Of a DNA stretch of 39,748 nucleotides, positions 25,340 to 35,091 are shown piece by piece; within the stretch, counting starts at the first letter, position 1; each line of letters opens with the position of its first letter. The stretch lies in the IMG/VR virus record IMGVR_UViG_2563366998_000008; one strand, 5' to 3'. Source of the stretch: a virus (taxonomy: Duplodnaviria; Heunggongvirae; Uroviricota; Caudoviricetes). The translations under genes were made by a program, and so were the position numbers. A model generated the notes under the pieces. That model had not been told where the DNA came from. It worked only from the letters and a program-made list of their open reading frames with translations, and ran no database searches.

Positions 25340-27881
25340 TCTTGTTATTGACCTGAGTCTGGATGCGGTCCGTTTCGATGAGCAGATGAGCCGGGTAAGG
25401 CGTCATTTTTCAGGTCTGGATACTGACGCCAGAAAAACCGCAACTGTCGTTGAGCAGGGGCTGAGCCACCAGGCGCTGGCTGCACAAAAAGCAGGGATTT
25501 CCGTCGGGCAGTATAAAGCGGCCATGCGAACCCTGCCCGCACAGTTTACGGATATCGCCACGCAGCTTGCCGGTGGTCAGAATCCCTGGCTGATCCTGCT
25601 GCAACAGGGCGGTCAGGTGAAGGACTCCTTCGGCGGGATGATCCCCATGTTCAGGGGGCTTGCCGGTGCGATCACCCTGCCGATGGTCGGGGTCACCTCG
25701 CTGGCGGTGGCGACAGGTGCGCTGGTGTACGCCTGGTACCAGGGAGATTCCACGCTTTCAGCGTTTAATAAAACCCTGGTTCTTTCCGGTAATCAGTCCG
25801 GACTGACTGCCGATCGCATGCTGACGCTCTCCAGAGCCGGACAGGCCGCAGGGCTGACGTTTAACCAGGCGAGTGAGTCACTGGCAGCCATGGTGAATGC
25901 CGGTGTGCGTGGTGGTGAACAGTTTGATGCCATCAACCAGAGTGTCGCGCGTTTTGCTTCTGCATCCGGTGTGGAGGTGGACAAGGTTGCAGAGGCTTTC
26001 GGAAAACTGACCACTGACCCGACGTCGGGGCTGATTGCGATGGCGAAGCAGTTCCATAACGTGACGGCGGAGCAGATTGCGTATGTTGCTCAGTTGCAGC
26101 GTTCCGGCGATGAAACCGGGGCATTGCAGGCGGCGAACGAGGCCGCAACGAAAGGGTTTGATGACCAGACCCGCCGCCTGAAAGAGAACATGGGCACGCT
26201 GGAGACCTGGGCAGACAGGACAGCGCGGGCATTCAAATCCATGTGGGATGCGGTGCTGGATATTGGTCGTCCTGATACCGCGCAGGAGATGCTGATTAAG
26301 GCAGAGGCTGCGTTTAAGAAAGCAGACGACATCTGGAATCTGCGCAAGGATGATTATTTTGTTAACGATGAAGCGCGGGCGCGTTACTGGGATGATCGTG
26401 AAAAGGCCCGTCTTGCGCTTGAAGCCGCCCGAAAGAAGGCTGAGCAGCAGACTCAACAGGACAAAAATGCGCAGCAGCAGAGCGATACCGAAGCGTCACG
26501 GCTGAAATATACCGAAGAGGCGCAGAAGGCTTACGAACGGCTGCAGACGCCGCTGGAGAAATATACCGCCCGTCAGGAAGAACTGAACAAGGCACTGAAA
26601 GACGGGAAAATCCTGCAGGCGGATTACAACACGCTGATGGCGGCGGCGAAAAAGGATTATGAAGCGACGCTGAAAAAGCCGAAACAGTCCGGCGTGAAGG
26701 TGTCTGCGGGCGATCGTCAGGAAGACAGTGCTCATGCTGCCCTGCTGACGCTTCAGGCAGAACTCCGGACGCTGGAGAAGCATGCCGGAGCGAATGAGAA
26801 AATCAGCCAGCAGCGCCGGGATTTGTGGAAGGCGGAGAGTCAGTTCGCGGTACTGGAGGAGGCGGCGCAACGTCGCCAGCTGTCTGCACAGGAGAAATCC
26901 CTGCTGGCGCATAAAGATGAGACGCTGGAGTACAAACGCCAGCTGGCTGCACTTGGCGACAAGGTTACGTATCAGGAGCGCCTGAACGCGCTGGCGCAGC
27001 AGGCGGATAAATTCGCACAGCAGCAACGGGCAAAACGGGCCGCCATTGATGCGAAAAGCCGGGGGCTGACTGACCGGCAGGCAGAACGGGAAGCCACGGA
27101 ACAGCGCCTGAAGGAACAGTATGGCGATAATCCGCTGGCGCTGAATAACGTCATGTCAGAGCAGAAAAAGACCTGGGCGGCTGAAGACCTGCTTCGCGGG
27201 AACTGGATGGCAGGCCTCAGGTCCGGCTGGAGTGAGTGGGAAGAGAGTGCCACGGACAGTATGTCGCAGGTAAAAAGTGCTGCCACGCAGACCTTTGATG
27301 GTATTGCACAGAATATGGCGGCGATGCTGACCGGCAGTGAGCAGAACTGGCGCAGCTTCACCCGCTCCGTGCTGTCCATGATGACAGAAATTCTGCTGAA
27401 GCAGGCAATGGTGGGGATTGTCGGGAGTATCGGCAGCGCTATTGGCGGGGCTGTTGGTGGTGGCGCATCCGCGTCAGGCGGTACAGCCATTCAGGCAGCT
27501 GCGGCGAAATTCCATTTTGCGACCGGAGGATTTACGGGAACCGGCGGCAAATATGAGCCAGCGGGGATTGTCCACCGCGGGGAGTTTGTCTTCACGAAGG
27601 AGGCAACCAGCCGGATTGGTGTCGGGAACCTGTACCGCCTGATGCGGGGCTATGCGGAAGGGGGGTATGTGGGTGCTGCCGGAAGTCCGGCGCAGATGCG
27701 GCGGGCCGAAGGCATTAATTTTAATCAGAACAATCACGTGGTGATTCAGAACGACGGTATCAACGGACAGGCCGGGCCGCAGCTGATGAAAGCGGTGTAT
27801 GAGATGGCCCGTAAAGGTGCGCAGGATGAGCTCCGGCTGCAGTTGCGTGATGGCGGTCTGTTATCGGGGAGCGGGCGATGA
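25320..27881 (+). CDS. H: tail tape measure protein (gpH-like)
   Basis: 853-aa ORF at the lambda H position, coiled-coil/Ala-rich, overlapping T stop and M start. Confidence 0.95.
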   Translation: MSQPVGDLVIDLSLDAVRFDEQMSRVRRHFSGLDTDARKTATVVEQGLSHQALAAQKAGISVGQYKAAMRTLPAQFTDIATQLAGGQNPWLILLQQGGQVKDSFGGMIPMFRGLAGAITLPMVGVTSLAVATGALVYAWYQGDSTLSAFNKTLVLSGNQSGLTADRMLTLSRAGQAAGLTFNQASESLAAMVNAGVRGGEQFDAINQSVARFASASGVEVDKVAEAFGKLTTDPTSGLIAMAKQFHNVTAEQIAYVAQLQRSGDETGALQAANEAATKGFDDQTRRLKENMGTLETWADRTARAFKSMWDAVLDIGRPDTAQEMLIKAEAAFKKADDIWNLRKDDYFVNDEARARYWDDREKARLALEAARKKAEQQTQQDKNAQQQSDTEASRLKYTEEAQKAYERLQTPLEKYTARQEELNKALKDGKILQADYNTLMAAAKKDYEATLKKPKQSGVKVSAGDRQEDSAHAALLTLQAELRTLEKHAGANEKISQQRRDLWKAESQFAVLEEAAQRRQLSAQEKSLLAHKDETLEYKRQLAALGDKVTYQERLNALAQQADKFAQQQRAKRAAIDAKSRGLTDRQAEREATEQRLKEQYGDNPLALNNVMSEQKKTWAAEDLLRGNWMAGLRSGWSEWEESATDSMSQVKSAATQTFDGIAQNMAAMLTGSEQNWRSFTRSVLSMMTEILLKQAMVGIVGSIGSAIGGAVGGGASASGGTAIQAAAAKFHFATGGFTGTGGKYEPAGIVHRGEFVFTKEATSRIGVGNLYRLMRGYAEGGYVGAAGSPAQMRRAEGINFNQNNHVVIQNDGINGQAGPQLMKAVYEMARKGAQDELRLQLRDGGLLSGSGR

Positions 27882-28207
27882 AAACATTTCGCTGGAAAGT
27901 GAAGCCGGATATGGAGGTGAACTCGCAGCCATCGGTGCGTGAAGTGCGTTTTGGTGACGGGTACTCACAGCGTATGGCGGCAGGGCTGAATGCTGACCTG
28001 AAAACATACAGGGTGACGCTTTCCGTGACCCGGGAGGAGGCCCGGCATCTGGAAGCGTTCCTGGCAGAGCACGGTGGCTGGAAGGCATTTTTGTGGAAGC
28101 CACCCTATGCATACCGGCAGATAAAGGTGATCTGTGCCGGGTGGTCTGCGCGGGTCGGGATGTTGCGCGTTGAGTTCAGCGCGGAGTTTAAGCAGGTGGT
28201 GAACTGA
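27878..28207 (+). CDS. M: tail tip protein M
   Basis: 109 aa at the lambda M position. Confidence 0.9.
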   Translation: MKTFRWKVKPDMEVNSQPSVREVRFGDGYSQRMAAGLNADLKTYRVTLSVTREEARHLEAFLAEHGGWKAFLWKPPYAYRQIKVICAGWSARVGMLRVEFSAEFKQVVN

Positions 28208-28905
28208 TGCAGGATATTCACGAAGAAAGTCTGAACGAGTCGGTTAAGTCAGAGCAGTCACCGCGGGTGGTACTCTGGGAAATCGACCTGACGGTGCAGG
28301 GCGGTGAGCGGTATTTTTTCTGCAATGAGCTGAATGAAAAAGGGGAGCCGGTGACCTGGCAGGGGCGTGAATATCAGGCGTACCCGATTGAGGGGAGTGG
28401 CTTTGAGATGAGCGGGAAGGGCAGCAGTGCCAGACCGTCGCTGACGGTGTCCAATCTGTTCGGTCTGGTCACCGGGATGGCGGAAGACCTGCAGAGTCTG
28501 GTGGGGGCCACGGTGGTCCGCCGCCGGGTGTATGCCCGTTTTCTGGATGCGGTGAATTTCGTTGCGGGCAATCCGGAGGCCGACCCGGAGCAGGAGCTGA
28601 CGGACCGGTGGGTGGTGGAGCAGATGTCAGCGCTGACAGCCATGACGGCCTCGTTTGTGCTGGCCACACCGACCGAGACGGACGGGGCGCTGTTTCCCGG
28701 TCGTATCATGCTGGCGAACACCTGTATGTGGACCTACCGCTCTGATGAGTGTGGTTACACGGGCGGGGCTGTGGCGGATGAGTTCGATAAACCCACCACG
28801 GATATCCGTAAGGACAGATGCAGCAAGTGCATGCGCGGGTGTGAACTGCGCAGGAATGTCGGCAATTTTGGCGGTTTCCTTTCCATTAATAAACTTTCGC
28901 AGTAA
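28207..28905 (+). CDS. L: tail tip protein L
   Basis: 232 aa with C-terminal Cys cluster typical of gpL. Confidence 0.9.
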   Translation: MQDIHEESLNESVKSEQSPRVVLWEIDLTVQGGERYFFCNELNEKGEPVTWQGREYQAYPIEGSGFEMSGKGSSARPSLTVSNLFGLVTGMAEDLQSLVGATVVRRRVYARFLDAVNFVAGNPEADPEQELTDRWVVEQMSALTAMTASFVLATPTETDGALFPGRIMLANTCMWTYRSDECGYTGGAVADEFDKPTTDIRKDRCSKCMRGCELRRNVGNFGGFLSINKLSQ

Positions 28906-28915
28906 ATCCCGGTTT

Positions 28916-29659
28916 ATGACACAGACTGAATCAGCGATTCTGGCACATGCCCGGCGGTGTGCGCCTGCGGAGTCGTGCGGCTTCGTGATAAGCACGCCGG
29001 AGGGGGAGTGGTATATCCCTTGTGTGAATATTTCCGCGGAGCCGGAGGCGTATTTTCGTATCGCACCGGAAGACTGGCTGCGGGCAGAGATGCAGGGGGA
29101 GATTGTGGCACTGGTCCACAGTCATCCCGGTGGGCTGCCCTGGCTGAGCGAGGCTGACCGGCGGCTGCAGATAAAAAGCGCACTGCCCTGGTGGCTGGTC
29201 TGCCGGGGTGACATTCACAAATTCCGCTGTGTGCCACATCTGACGGGACGGCGCTTTGAGCACGGGGTGACGGACTGTTACACGCTGTTCCGGGATGCTT
29301 ATCATCTGGCGGGGACTGAAATGCCGGATTTTCATCGCGAGGATGACTGGTGGCGCAACGGCCAGAACCTTTACCTGGACAATATGGCGGTCACCGGCTT
29401 TTACCGGGTGCCCCTGTCCTCTGCACAGGCGGGCGATATTCTGCTGTGCTGCTTTGGTGCTTCGGTACCGAACCATGCCGCCATTTACTGCGGTAACGGT
29501 GAGCTGCTTCACCATCTGCCTGAACAACTGAGTAAACGGGAGAGGTATTCCGAAAAATGGCAACGACGAACGCATTCTGTCTGGCGTCACCGCCACTGGC
29601 ACGCATCTGCCTTCACGGGGATTTACAACGATTTGGCCGCCGCCTCAGCCTGTATGTGA
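28916..29659 (+). CDS. K: tail tip assembly protein K (JAB/MPN + NlpC/P60 domains)
   Basis: ATG 28916 just after the L stop; HSHP JAMM-like motif and DCYTLF / NHAAIY NlpC/P60-like motifs; 3' end overlaps I by 103 nt. Confidence 0.85.
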   Translation: MTQTESAILAHARRCAPAESCGFVISTPEGEWYIPCVNISAEPEAYFRIAPEDWLRAEMQGEIVALVHSHPGGLPWLSEADRRLQIKSALPWWLVCRGDIHKFRCVPHLTGRRFEHGVTDCYTLFRDAYHLAGTEMPDFHREDDWWRNGQNLYLDNMAVTGFYRVPLSSAQAGDILLCCFGASVPNHAAIYCGNGELLHHLPEQLSKRERYSEKWQRRTHSVWRHRHWHASAFTGIYNDLAAASACM

Positions 29660-30237
29660 ACACGGCAGCGGAAGCCATTCGCGCCCTGTCGATGCAGATG
29701 CCGGGCTTTCGCCGTCAGATGAACGAAGGCTGGTACCAGATACGTATTGCCGGTGATGACACGGCACCGGAGGCGGTGTACGCCCGTCTTCACGAACAGC
29801 TGGGTGAGGGAACGGTCATCCACATTGTGCCGCGACTGGCCGGGGCCGGAAAGGGTGGACTGCAGATTGTGCTGGGGGCGGCAGCCATCGTGGGCTCTTT
29901 CTTCACGGCCGGTGCCTCGATGGCGTTATGGGGTACAGCCCTGAGTGCCGGCGGTTTTTCTGCCACCACAATGCTGTTTTCACTGGGTGCCAGCATGATA
30001 CTGGGCGGTGTGGCCCAGATGCTGGCCCCGAAGGCAAAAACACCGGATTACCGCGCAACGGATAACGGCAGACAGAACACGTACTTTTCCTCGCTGGATA
30101 ACATGATTGCCCAGGGGAACCCGATGCCGGTGCCTTACGGGGAAATGCTGGTTGGCTCCCGCCGTATATCCCAGGACATCAGCACCCGTGATGAAGGCGG
30201 GGGCGGAAAGGTCGTGGTTATCGGGCGGCAGGGGTAA
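29557..30237 (+). CDS. I: tail tip assembly protein I
   Basis: ATG 29557 after GGGAGAGG; N-terminus and Gly/Ala-rich hydrophobic middle match lambda gpI. Confidence 0.85.
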   Translation: MATTNAFCLASPPLARICLHGDLQRFGRRLSLYVNTAAEAIRALSMQMPGFRRQMNEGWYQIRIAGDDTAPEAVYARLHEQLGEGTVIHIVPRLAGAGKGGLQIVLGAAAIVGSFFTAGASMALWGTALSAGGFSATTMLFSLGASMILGGVAQMLAPKAKTPDYRATDNGRQNTYFSSLDNMIAQGNPMPVPYGEMLVGSRRISQDISTRDEGGGGKVVVIGRQG

Positions 30238-30243
30238 AAAGAA

Positions 30244-30283
30244 TAAAAAAATCCCGCAGTGATCGCGGACAGGAACTGCGGGA
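30244..30283 (-). terminator. rho-independent terminator oriented for the minus strand
   Basis: TCCCGCAG ... CTGCGGGA hairpin whose T-run is on the minus strand (A-run 30244-30250 on +). Confidence 0.5.
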
Positions 30284-30341
30284 GAGTTACGAAGATTAAG
30301 TGTAAGGAATTATTCTTATATCACGACAAAAAAATTAACGC
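30245..30341 (-). ncRNA. candidate small RNA (~95 nt), predicted from promoter and terminator only
   Basis: Minus-strand sigma70-like promoter (-35 TTCACA at 30370-30375, 16-bp spacer, -10 TATAAT at 30348-30353) followed ~60 nt downstream by the minus-strand terminator; no ORF in between. Confidence 0.3.
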
Positions 30342-30347
30342 AGAGAA

Positions 30348-30375
30348 ATTATACGCGCCACAGTCAGTTTGTGAA
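30348..30375 (-). promoter_or_regulatory. candidate sigma70 promoter on the minus strand
   Basis: TTCACA - 16 bp - TATAAT read on the minus strand. Confidence 0.4.
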
Positions 30376-30445
30376 AATGTGAAGATATTCAGAATTTTTA
30401 TGCCATTACCGGTTTTAACCAACAGGATTATCGGTGGGCATGAAA

Positions 30446-30482
30446 GAAAACCCCGGTATCTGCTGATACCGGGGTTTCTCTT
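30446..30482. terminator. bidirectional rho-independent terminator
   Basis: 13-bp perfect stem (30448-30460 / 30465-30477) with 4-nt loop, A-tract upstream and T-tract downstream. Confidence 0.6.
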
Positions 30483-30580
30483 TAGCATGGCAGAAATGTG
30501 TTTCATGCTTTTCGGGCGAAGGATATCCGACTTCTGTACGGAATGGCAAGTGGCGGTTAATTTATTCAGGGGAAGGCTGT

Positions 30581-33500
30581 ATGGGAAAAGGTGGCGGTAA
30601 GGCACACACGCCTCGTGAGGCGAAGGATAATCTCAAATCCACGCAGATGATGAGCGTGATTGATGCGATTGGTGAGGGACCGATAGAAGGTCCGGTGAAG
30701 GGACTGCAGAGTATCCTGGTGAACAAAACCCCGCTGACGGACACGGACGGTAATCCCGTGATACACGGTGTGACGGCGGTCTGGCGCGCCGGGGAGCAGG
30801 AGCAGACACCACCGGAAGGCTTTGAGTCCTCCGGTGCTGAAACCGGACTGGGCGTGGAAGTGACGAAGGCAAAACCGGTGACGCGCACCATTACGTCCGC
30901 GAACATTGACCGCCTGCGGGTTACCTTCGGGGTGCAGTCACTGGTGCAGACCACGTCAAAGGGCGACCGTAATCCTTCCTCTGTCCGGATTCTGATTCAG
31001 TTACAGCGTAATGGCCGCTGGGTGACGGAAAAGGATGTCACCATTAACGGCAAGACCACCTCGCAGTTCCTGGCCTCGGTGATTCTGGATAATCTGCCTC
31101 CCCGGCCCTTTAACATCCGGATGGTCAGGGAGACGGCGGACAGCACCACGGACCAGCTGCAGAATAAGACGCTGTGGTCGTCATACACCGAAATCATCGA
31201 TGTGAAACAGTGCTACCCGAACACGGCCATTGTGGGGCTGCAGGTGGATGCGGAGCAGTTCGGCGGCCAGCAGATGACGGTGAACTACCATATCCGCGGT
31301 CGCATCATCCAGGTGCCGTCAAACTATGACCCGGAAAAACGCACGTACAGTGGTATCTGGGACGGCAGTCTGAAACCGGCATACAGCAACAACCCGGCCT
31401 GGTGCCTGTGGGACATGCTGACTCACCCGCGCTACGGCATGGGAAAACGTCTGGGGGCGGCGGATGTGGACAAGTGGGCGCTGTATGCCATCGGGCAGTA
31501 CTGCGACCAGACGGTCCCGGATGGTTTCGGGGGGACCGAGCCGCGGATGACCTTTAATGCGTACCTGGCACAACAGCGTAAGGCGTGGGACGTTCTCAGT
31601 GATTTCTGCTCTGCGATGCGCTGTATGCCGGTATGGAACGGCCAGACGCTGACGTTCGTTCAGGACCGTCCGTCGGATGTGGTGTGGCCGTACACCAACA
31701 GCGATGTGGTGGTGGATGATAACGGCGTGGGTTTCCGCTACAGCTTCAGTGCCCTGAAGGACCGGCACACGGCAGTGGAGGTGAATTACACCGACCCGCA
31801 GAACGGCTGGCAGACCTCCACGGAACTGGTGGAAGACCCGGAAGCCATACTGCGCTACGGACGCAACCTGCTGAAGATGGACGCGTTCGGCTGTACCAGC
31901 CGCGGTCAGGCCCACCGTGCCGGGCTGTGGGTGATAAAGACCGAACTGCTGGAAACGCAGACGGTGGATTTCACGCTCGGGTCACAGGGGCTGCGTCACA
32001 CACCCGGTGACATCATTGAAATCTGTGATAACGACTATGCCGGGACCATGACCGGCGGACGTGTCCTGTCCATCGATGCCGCCAGCCGTACCCTGACGCT
32101 GGACCGGGAGGTGACACTGCCGGAGACCGGCACGGCCACTGTTAATCTGATTAACGGCAGCGGTAAGCCGGCGAGCGTGGCCATCACCGCACACCCCGCG
32201 CCTGACCGGATACAGGTCAGCACCCTGCCGGATGGTGTGGAGACATACGGTGTGTGGGGACTCTCCCTGCCGTCACTGCGTCGTCGCCTGTTCCGCTGTG
32301 TCTCCATCCGGGAAAACACGGACGGCACCTTTGCCATCACGGCGGTGCAGCACGTACCTGAAAAAGAAGCCATCGTGGATAACGGGGCCCGCTTTGAGCC
32401 GCAGTCAGACACCCTGAACAGCGTTATCCCACCGGCAGTGCAGCACCTGACGGTGGAGGTGAGCGCAGCTGACGGCCAGTATCTGGCGCAGGCTAAATGG
32501 GACACGCCGCGGGTGGTGAAGGGCGTGCGCTTCAGTCTGCGCCTGACCAGTGGTAAGGGAACGGATGCCAGACTGGTGACCACCGCCATCACCGCAGACA
32601 CGGAGCACCGTTTCAGCGGCCTGCCACTGGGGGAATACACCCTGACGGTGCGGGCCATTAACAGCTACGGCCAGCAGGGCGAACCTGCGACCACCACCTT
32701 CCGGATTGCCGCACCGGCAGCACCGTCGCGGATTGAGCTGACGCCGGGGTATTTTCAGATAACGGCGGTCCCGCGTCTTGCGGTGTATGACCCGACGGTA
32801 CAGTTTGAATTCTGGTTCTCAGAAAAACGCATCACGAACACGGCACAGGTGGAAAAATCTGCCCGTTATCTGGGGACCGGCAGTCAGTGGACTGTCCAGG
32901 GGAGCCGGATTAAGCCGGGGACGGATTTCTGGTTTTACGTGCGAAGCGTCAACCTGGTGGGAAAATCTGCTTTTGTGGAAGCCAGCGGGCAGCCCAGCAA
33001 TGATGGTGAAGGGTATCTGGAAATTTTCCGGGGGCTGATAGATGAGACGCTTCTGGGCCAGGCACTGAAAGAGCGCATTGATGCTTCAGCGCTGCGTACG
33101 GAGGTCACGCAACTGGAAGAAGACATCCGTCAGCGGATGGACACGGATATCGCAGAAGTGACCCGGAAAATCGGGAAGGCGGAAAACAGCCTCACGCAGC
33201 TGGTTGCGAAAAAGAATGAGGACCAGACACTGGCCATCGCGCAGGTGAGCCAGAAAGTGGACCGGGTGAGCAGTGAAATCTCACAGACTGTCAGCCAGGG
33301 GCAGTCAGAAAACGCCCGACAGATAGCACAGGTCCGCCAGTACGTGGATAAAAAAGGGAGTGAAATTACCTCGACCACGGATAAAAAGCTGGGTGACCAG
33401 GCCGTGACCATACAGCAAATCCAGCGGGTTCAGTCAGACACGCGCAATGAGCTGAATGCCATGTATATGCTGAAGGTGCAGAAAACAAAAAACGGTATTC

Positions 33501-34273
33501 CCTATGTGGCCGGGATTGGTGCGGGGATTGAGGATGTTGATGGTCAGACCCTGAGTAACATTCTGCTGCAGGCCGATCGCATTGCGATGATTACCCCGGA
33601 GAATGGCAACACCACGCCGCTGTTTGTGGCGCAGGGGAATCAGCTGTTCATGAACGACGTGTTCCTGAAGCGACTGTTTGCGGTGAGCATCACGTCATCC
33701 GGCAATCCTCCTACGTTTTCCCTGACGCCGGATGGCAGGCTGACAGCCCGCAATGCGGATATCAGTGGAGCCATCACGGCGAATACCGGCACGCTCAATA
33801 ATGTCACCATTAACGAGAACTGTGTCATCAGAGGGAAACTGTCTGCAAACCAGATTGAAGGCGATCTCGTTAAAACAGTGGGTAAGGCTTTCCCCCGTGA
33901 CTCCCGTGCACCGGAGCGTTGGCCATCAGGAACCATTACCGTCAGGGTTTATGACGATCAGCCGTTTAACCGGCAGATTGTTATTCCGGCGGTGGCTTTC
34001 AGCGGTGCCAGACATGAGCGGGAGAACAGCGATACTTATTCGTCATGCCGCCTGATAGTACGGAAAAACGGTGCTGAAATTTATAACCGTACCGCGCTGG
34101 ATAATACGCTGATTTACAGTGGTGTTATTGATATGCCTGCTGGTCGCGGCCACATGACGCTGGAGTTTTCTGTATCAGCATGGTGGGTAAATGGCTGGTA
34201 TCCCACAGCAAGTATCAGCGATTTGCTGGTTGTTGTGATGAAGAAAGCCACTGCAGGCATCACGATTAGCTGA
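30581..34273 (+). CDS. J: tail tip / host specificity protein J
   Basis: 1230-aa ORF with extensive similarity to lambda gpJ across N-terminal and central regions; ATG 30581 with GGGGAAGG RBS. Confidence 0.95.
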   Translation: MGKGGGKAHTPREAKDNLKSTQMMSVIDAIGEGPIEGPVKGLQSILVNKTPLTDTDGNPVIHGVTAVWRAGEQEQTPPEGFESSGAETGLGVEVTKAKPVTRTITSANIDRLRVTFGVQSLVQTTSKGDRNPSSVRILIQLQRNGRWVTEKDVTINGKTTSQFLASVILDNLPPRPFNIRMVRETADSTTDQLQNKTLWSSYTEIIDVKQCYPNTAIVGLQVDAEQFGGQQMTVNYHIRGRIIQVPSNYDPEKRTYSGIWDGSLKPAYSNNPAWCLWDMLTHPRYGMGKRLGAADVDKWALYAIGQYCDQTVPDGFGGTEPRMTFNAYLAQQRKAWDVLSDFCSAMRCMPVWNGQTLTFVQDRPSDVVWPYTNSDVVVDDNGVGFRYSFSALKDRHTAVEVNYTDPQNGWQTSTELVEDPEAILRYGRNLLKMDAFGCTSRGQAHRAGLWVIKTELLETQTVDFTLGSQGLRHTPGDIIEICDNDYAGTMTGGRVLSIDAASRTLTLDREVTLPETGTATVNLINGSGKPASVAITAHPAPDRIQVSTLPDGVETYGVWGLSLPSLRRRLFRCVSIRENTDGTFAITAVQHVPEKEAIVDNGARFEPQSDTLNSVIPPAVQHLTVEVSAADGQYLAQAKWDTPRVVKGVRFSLRLTSGKGTDARLVTTAITADTEHRFSGLPLGEYTLTVRAINSYGQQGEPATTTFRIAAPAAPSRIELTPGYFQITAVPRLAVYDPTVQFEFWFSEKRITNTAQVEKSARYLGTGSQWTVQGSRIKPGTDFWFYVRSVNLVGKSAFVEASGQPSNDGEGYLEIFRGLIDETLLGQALKERIDASALRTEVTQLEEDIRQRMDTDIAEVTRKIGKAENSLTQLVAKKNEDQTLAIAQVSQKVDRVSSEISQTVSQGQSENARQIAQVRQYVDKKGSEITSTTDKKLGDQAVTIQQIQRVQSDTRNELNAMYMLKVQKTKNGIPYVAGIGAGIEDVDGQTLSNILLQADRIAMITPENGNTTPLFVAQGNQLFMNDVFLKRLFAVSITSSGNPPTFSLTPDGRLTARNADISGAITANTGTLNNVTINENCVIRGKLSANQIEGDLVKTVGKAFPRDSRAPERWPSGTITVRVYDDQPFNRQIVIPAVAFSGARHERENSDTYSSCRLIVRKNGAEIYNRTALDNTLIYSGVIDMPAGRGHMTLEFSVSAWWVNGWYPTASISDLLVVVMKKATAGITIS

Positions 34274-34291
34274 ATTTTATAACCCCAATAC

Positions 34292-34318
34292 GGGCGCCAG
34301 AAATGGCGCCTTTTTTAT
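34292..34318 (+). terminator. rho-independent terminator after J
   Basis: GGCGCC-AGAAAT-GGCGCC hairpin followed by TTTTTT. Confidence 0.7.
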
Positions 34319-34340
34319 TGCAGAAAAGCGAGAGGTAATT

Positions 34341-34940
34341 ATGCGTAAAGTTTGTGCAGCCATTTTGTCCGCAGCCATCTGTCTGTCCGTATCCGGTGCG
34401 CCTGCATGGGCGTCTGAACATCAGCCCACACTGAGCGCGGGGTATCTTCATGCCCGTACGAACGCTCCCGGCAGCGATAATCTGAACGGGATTAACGTGA
34501 AATACCGTTATGAGTTTACGGACGCGCTGGGGCTGATTACGTCCTTCAGTTATGCCAATGCTGAGGATGAGCAAAAAACGCACTACAGCGATACCCGCTG
34601 GCATGAAGATTCCGTGCGTAACCGCTGGTTCAGCGTGATGGCGGGGCCGTCTGTACGCGTGAATGAATGGTTCAGCGCGTATGCGATGGTGGGTGTGGCT
34701 TACAGCCGTGTGTCGACTTTCTCCGGGGATTATCTCCGCGTAACTGACAACAAGGGGAAAACGCACGATGTGCTGACCGGAAGTGATGACGGTCGCCACA
34801 GCAACACGTCTCTGGCGTGGGGGGCTGGCGTGCAGTTTAACCCGACCGAATCCGTAACCATTGACCTTGCTTATGAAGGTTCCGGTAGTGGCGACTGGCG
34901 AACGGATGCATTTATTGTTGGTATCGGATACCGTTTCTGA
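34341..34940 (+). CDS. lom: Lom-like outer membrane beta-barrel protein (Ail/Lom/OmpX family)
   Basis: Signal peptide, INVKYRYE, SVMAGP, AYAMVGVA and C-terminal DLAYEGSGSGDWRTDAFIVGIGYRF matching lambda Lom. Confidence 0.85.
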   Translation: MRKVCAAILSAAICLSVSGAPAWASEHQPTLSAGYLHARTNAPGSDNLNGINVKYRYEFTDALGLITSFSYANAEDEQKTHYSDTRWHEDSVRNRWFSVMAGPSVRVNEWFSAYAMVGVAYSRVSTFSGDYLRVTDNKGKTHDVLTGSDDGRHSNTSLAWGAGVQFNPTESVTIDLAYEGSGSGDWRTDAFIVGIGYRF

Positions 34941-35044
34941 CAACAGACGCCGATTTATCTTCTGTAAATATTGTTATGATACGCAGGTTCATCCACCTTA
35001 TGGGGTGAACTGCGTTTGAGGAAACGTAAAGTTACACTGTCCTG

Positions 35045-35078
35045 AAGCCCGTGGCGTCACTGCTGCGGGCTTTTTTTA
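35045..35078 (+). terminator. terminator-like hairpin after lom
   Basis: AAGCCCG ... CGGGCTT stem followed by TTTTTTT. Confidence 0.45.
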
Positions 35079-35091
35079 TTGGTGGAAAAGT

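Noticed and set aside
25878-27490. Several ORFs in alternate frames and antisense within the tape measure gene H
   Set aside because: Overlap the continuous 853-aa H frame; translations are low-complexity Arg/Leu/Gln-rich
28655-28915. N-terminal extension of the K ORF as listed in the ORF track (start 28655)
   Set aside because: The extension overlaps the 3' end of L in another frame; the ATG at 28916 immediately after the L stop gives the conserved MTQTESAIL N-terminus
30259-30605. 113-aa + strand and 94-aa minus-strand ORFs in the I-J intergenic insert
   Set aside because: Both run through two strong terminator hairpins and into the J start; the region is better explained as non-coding
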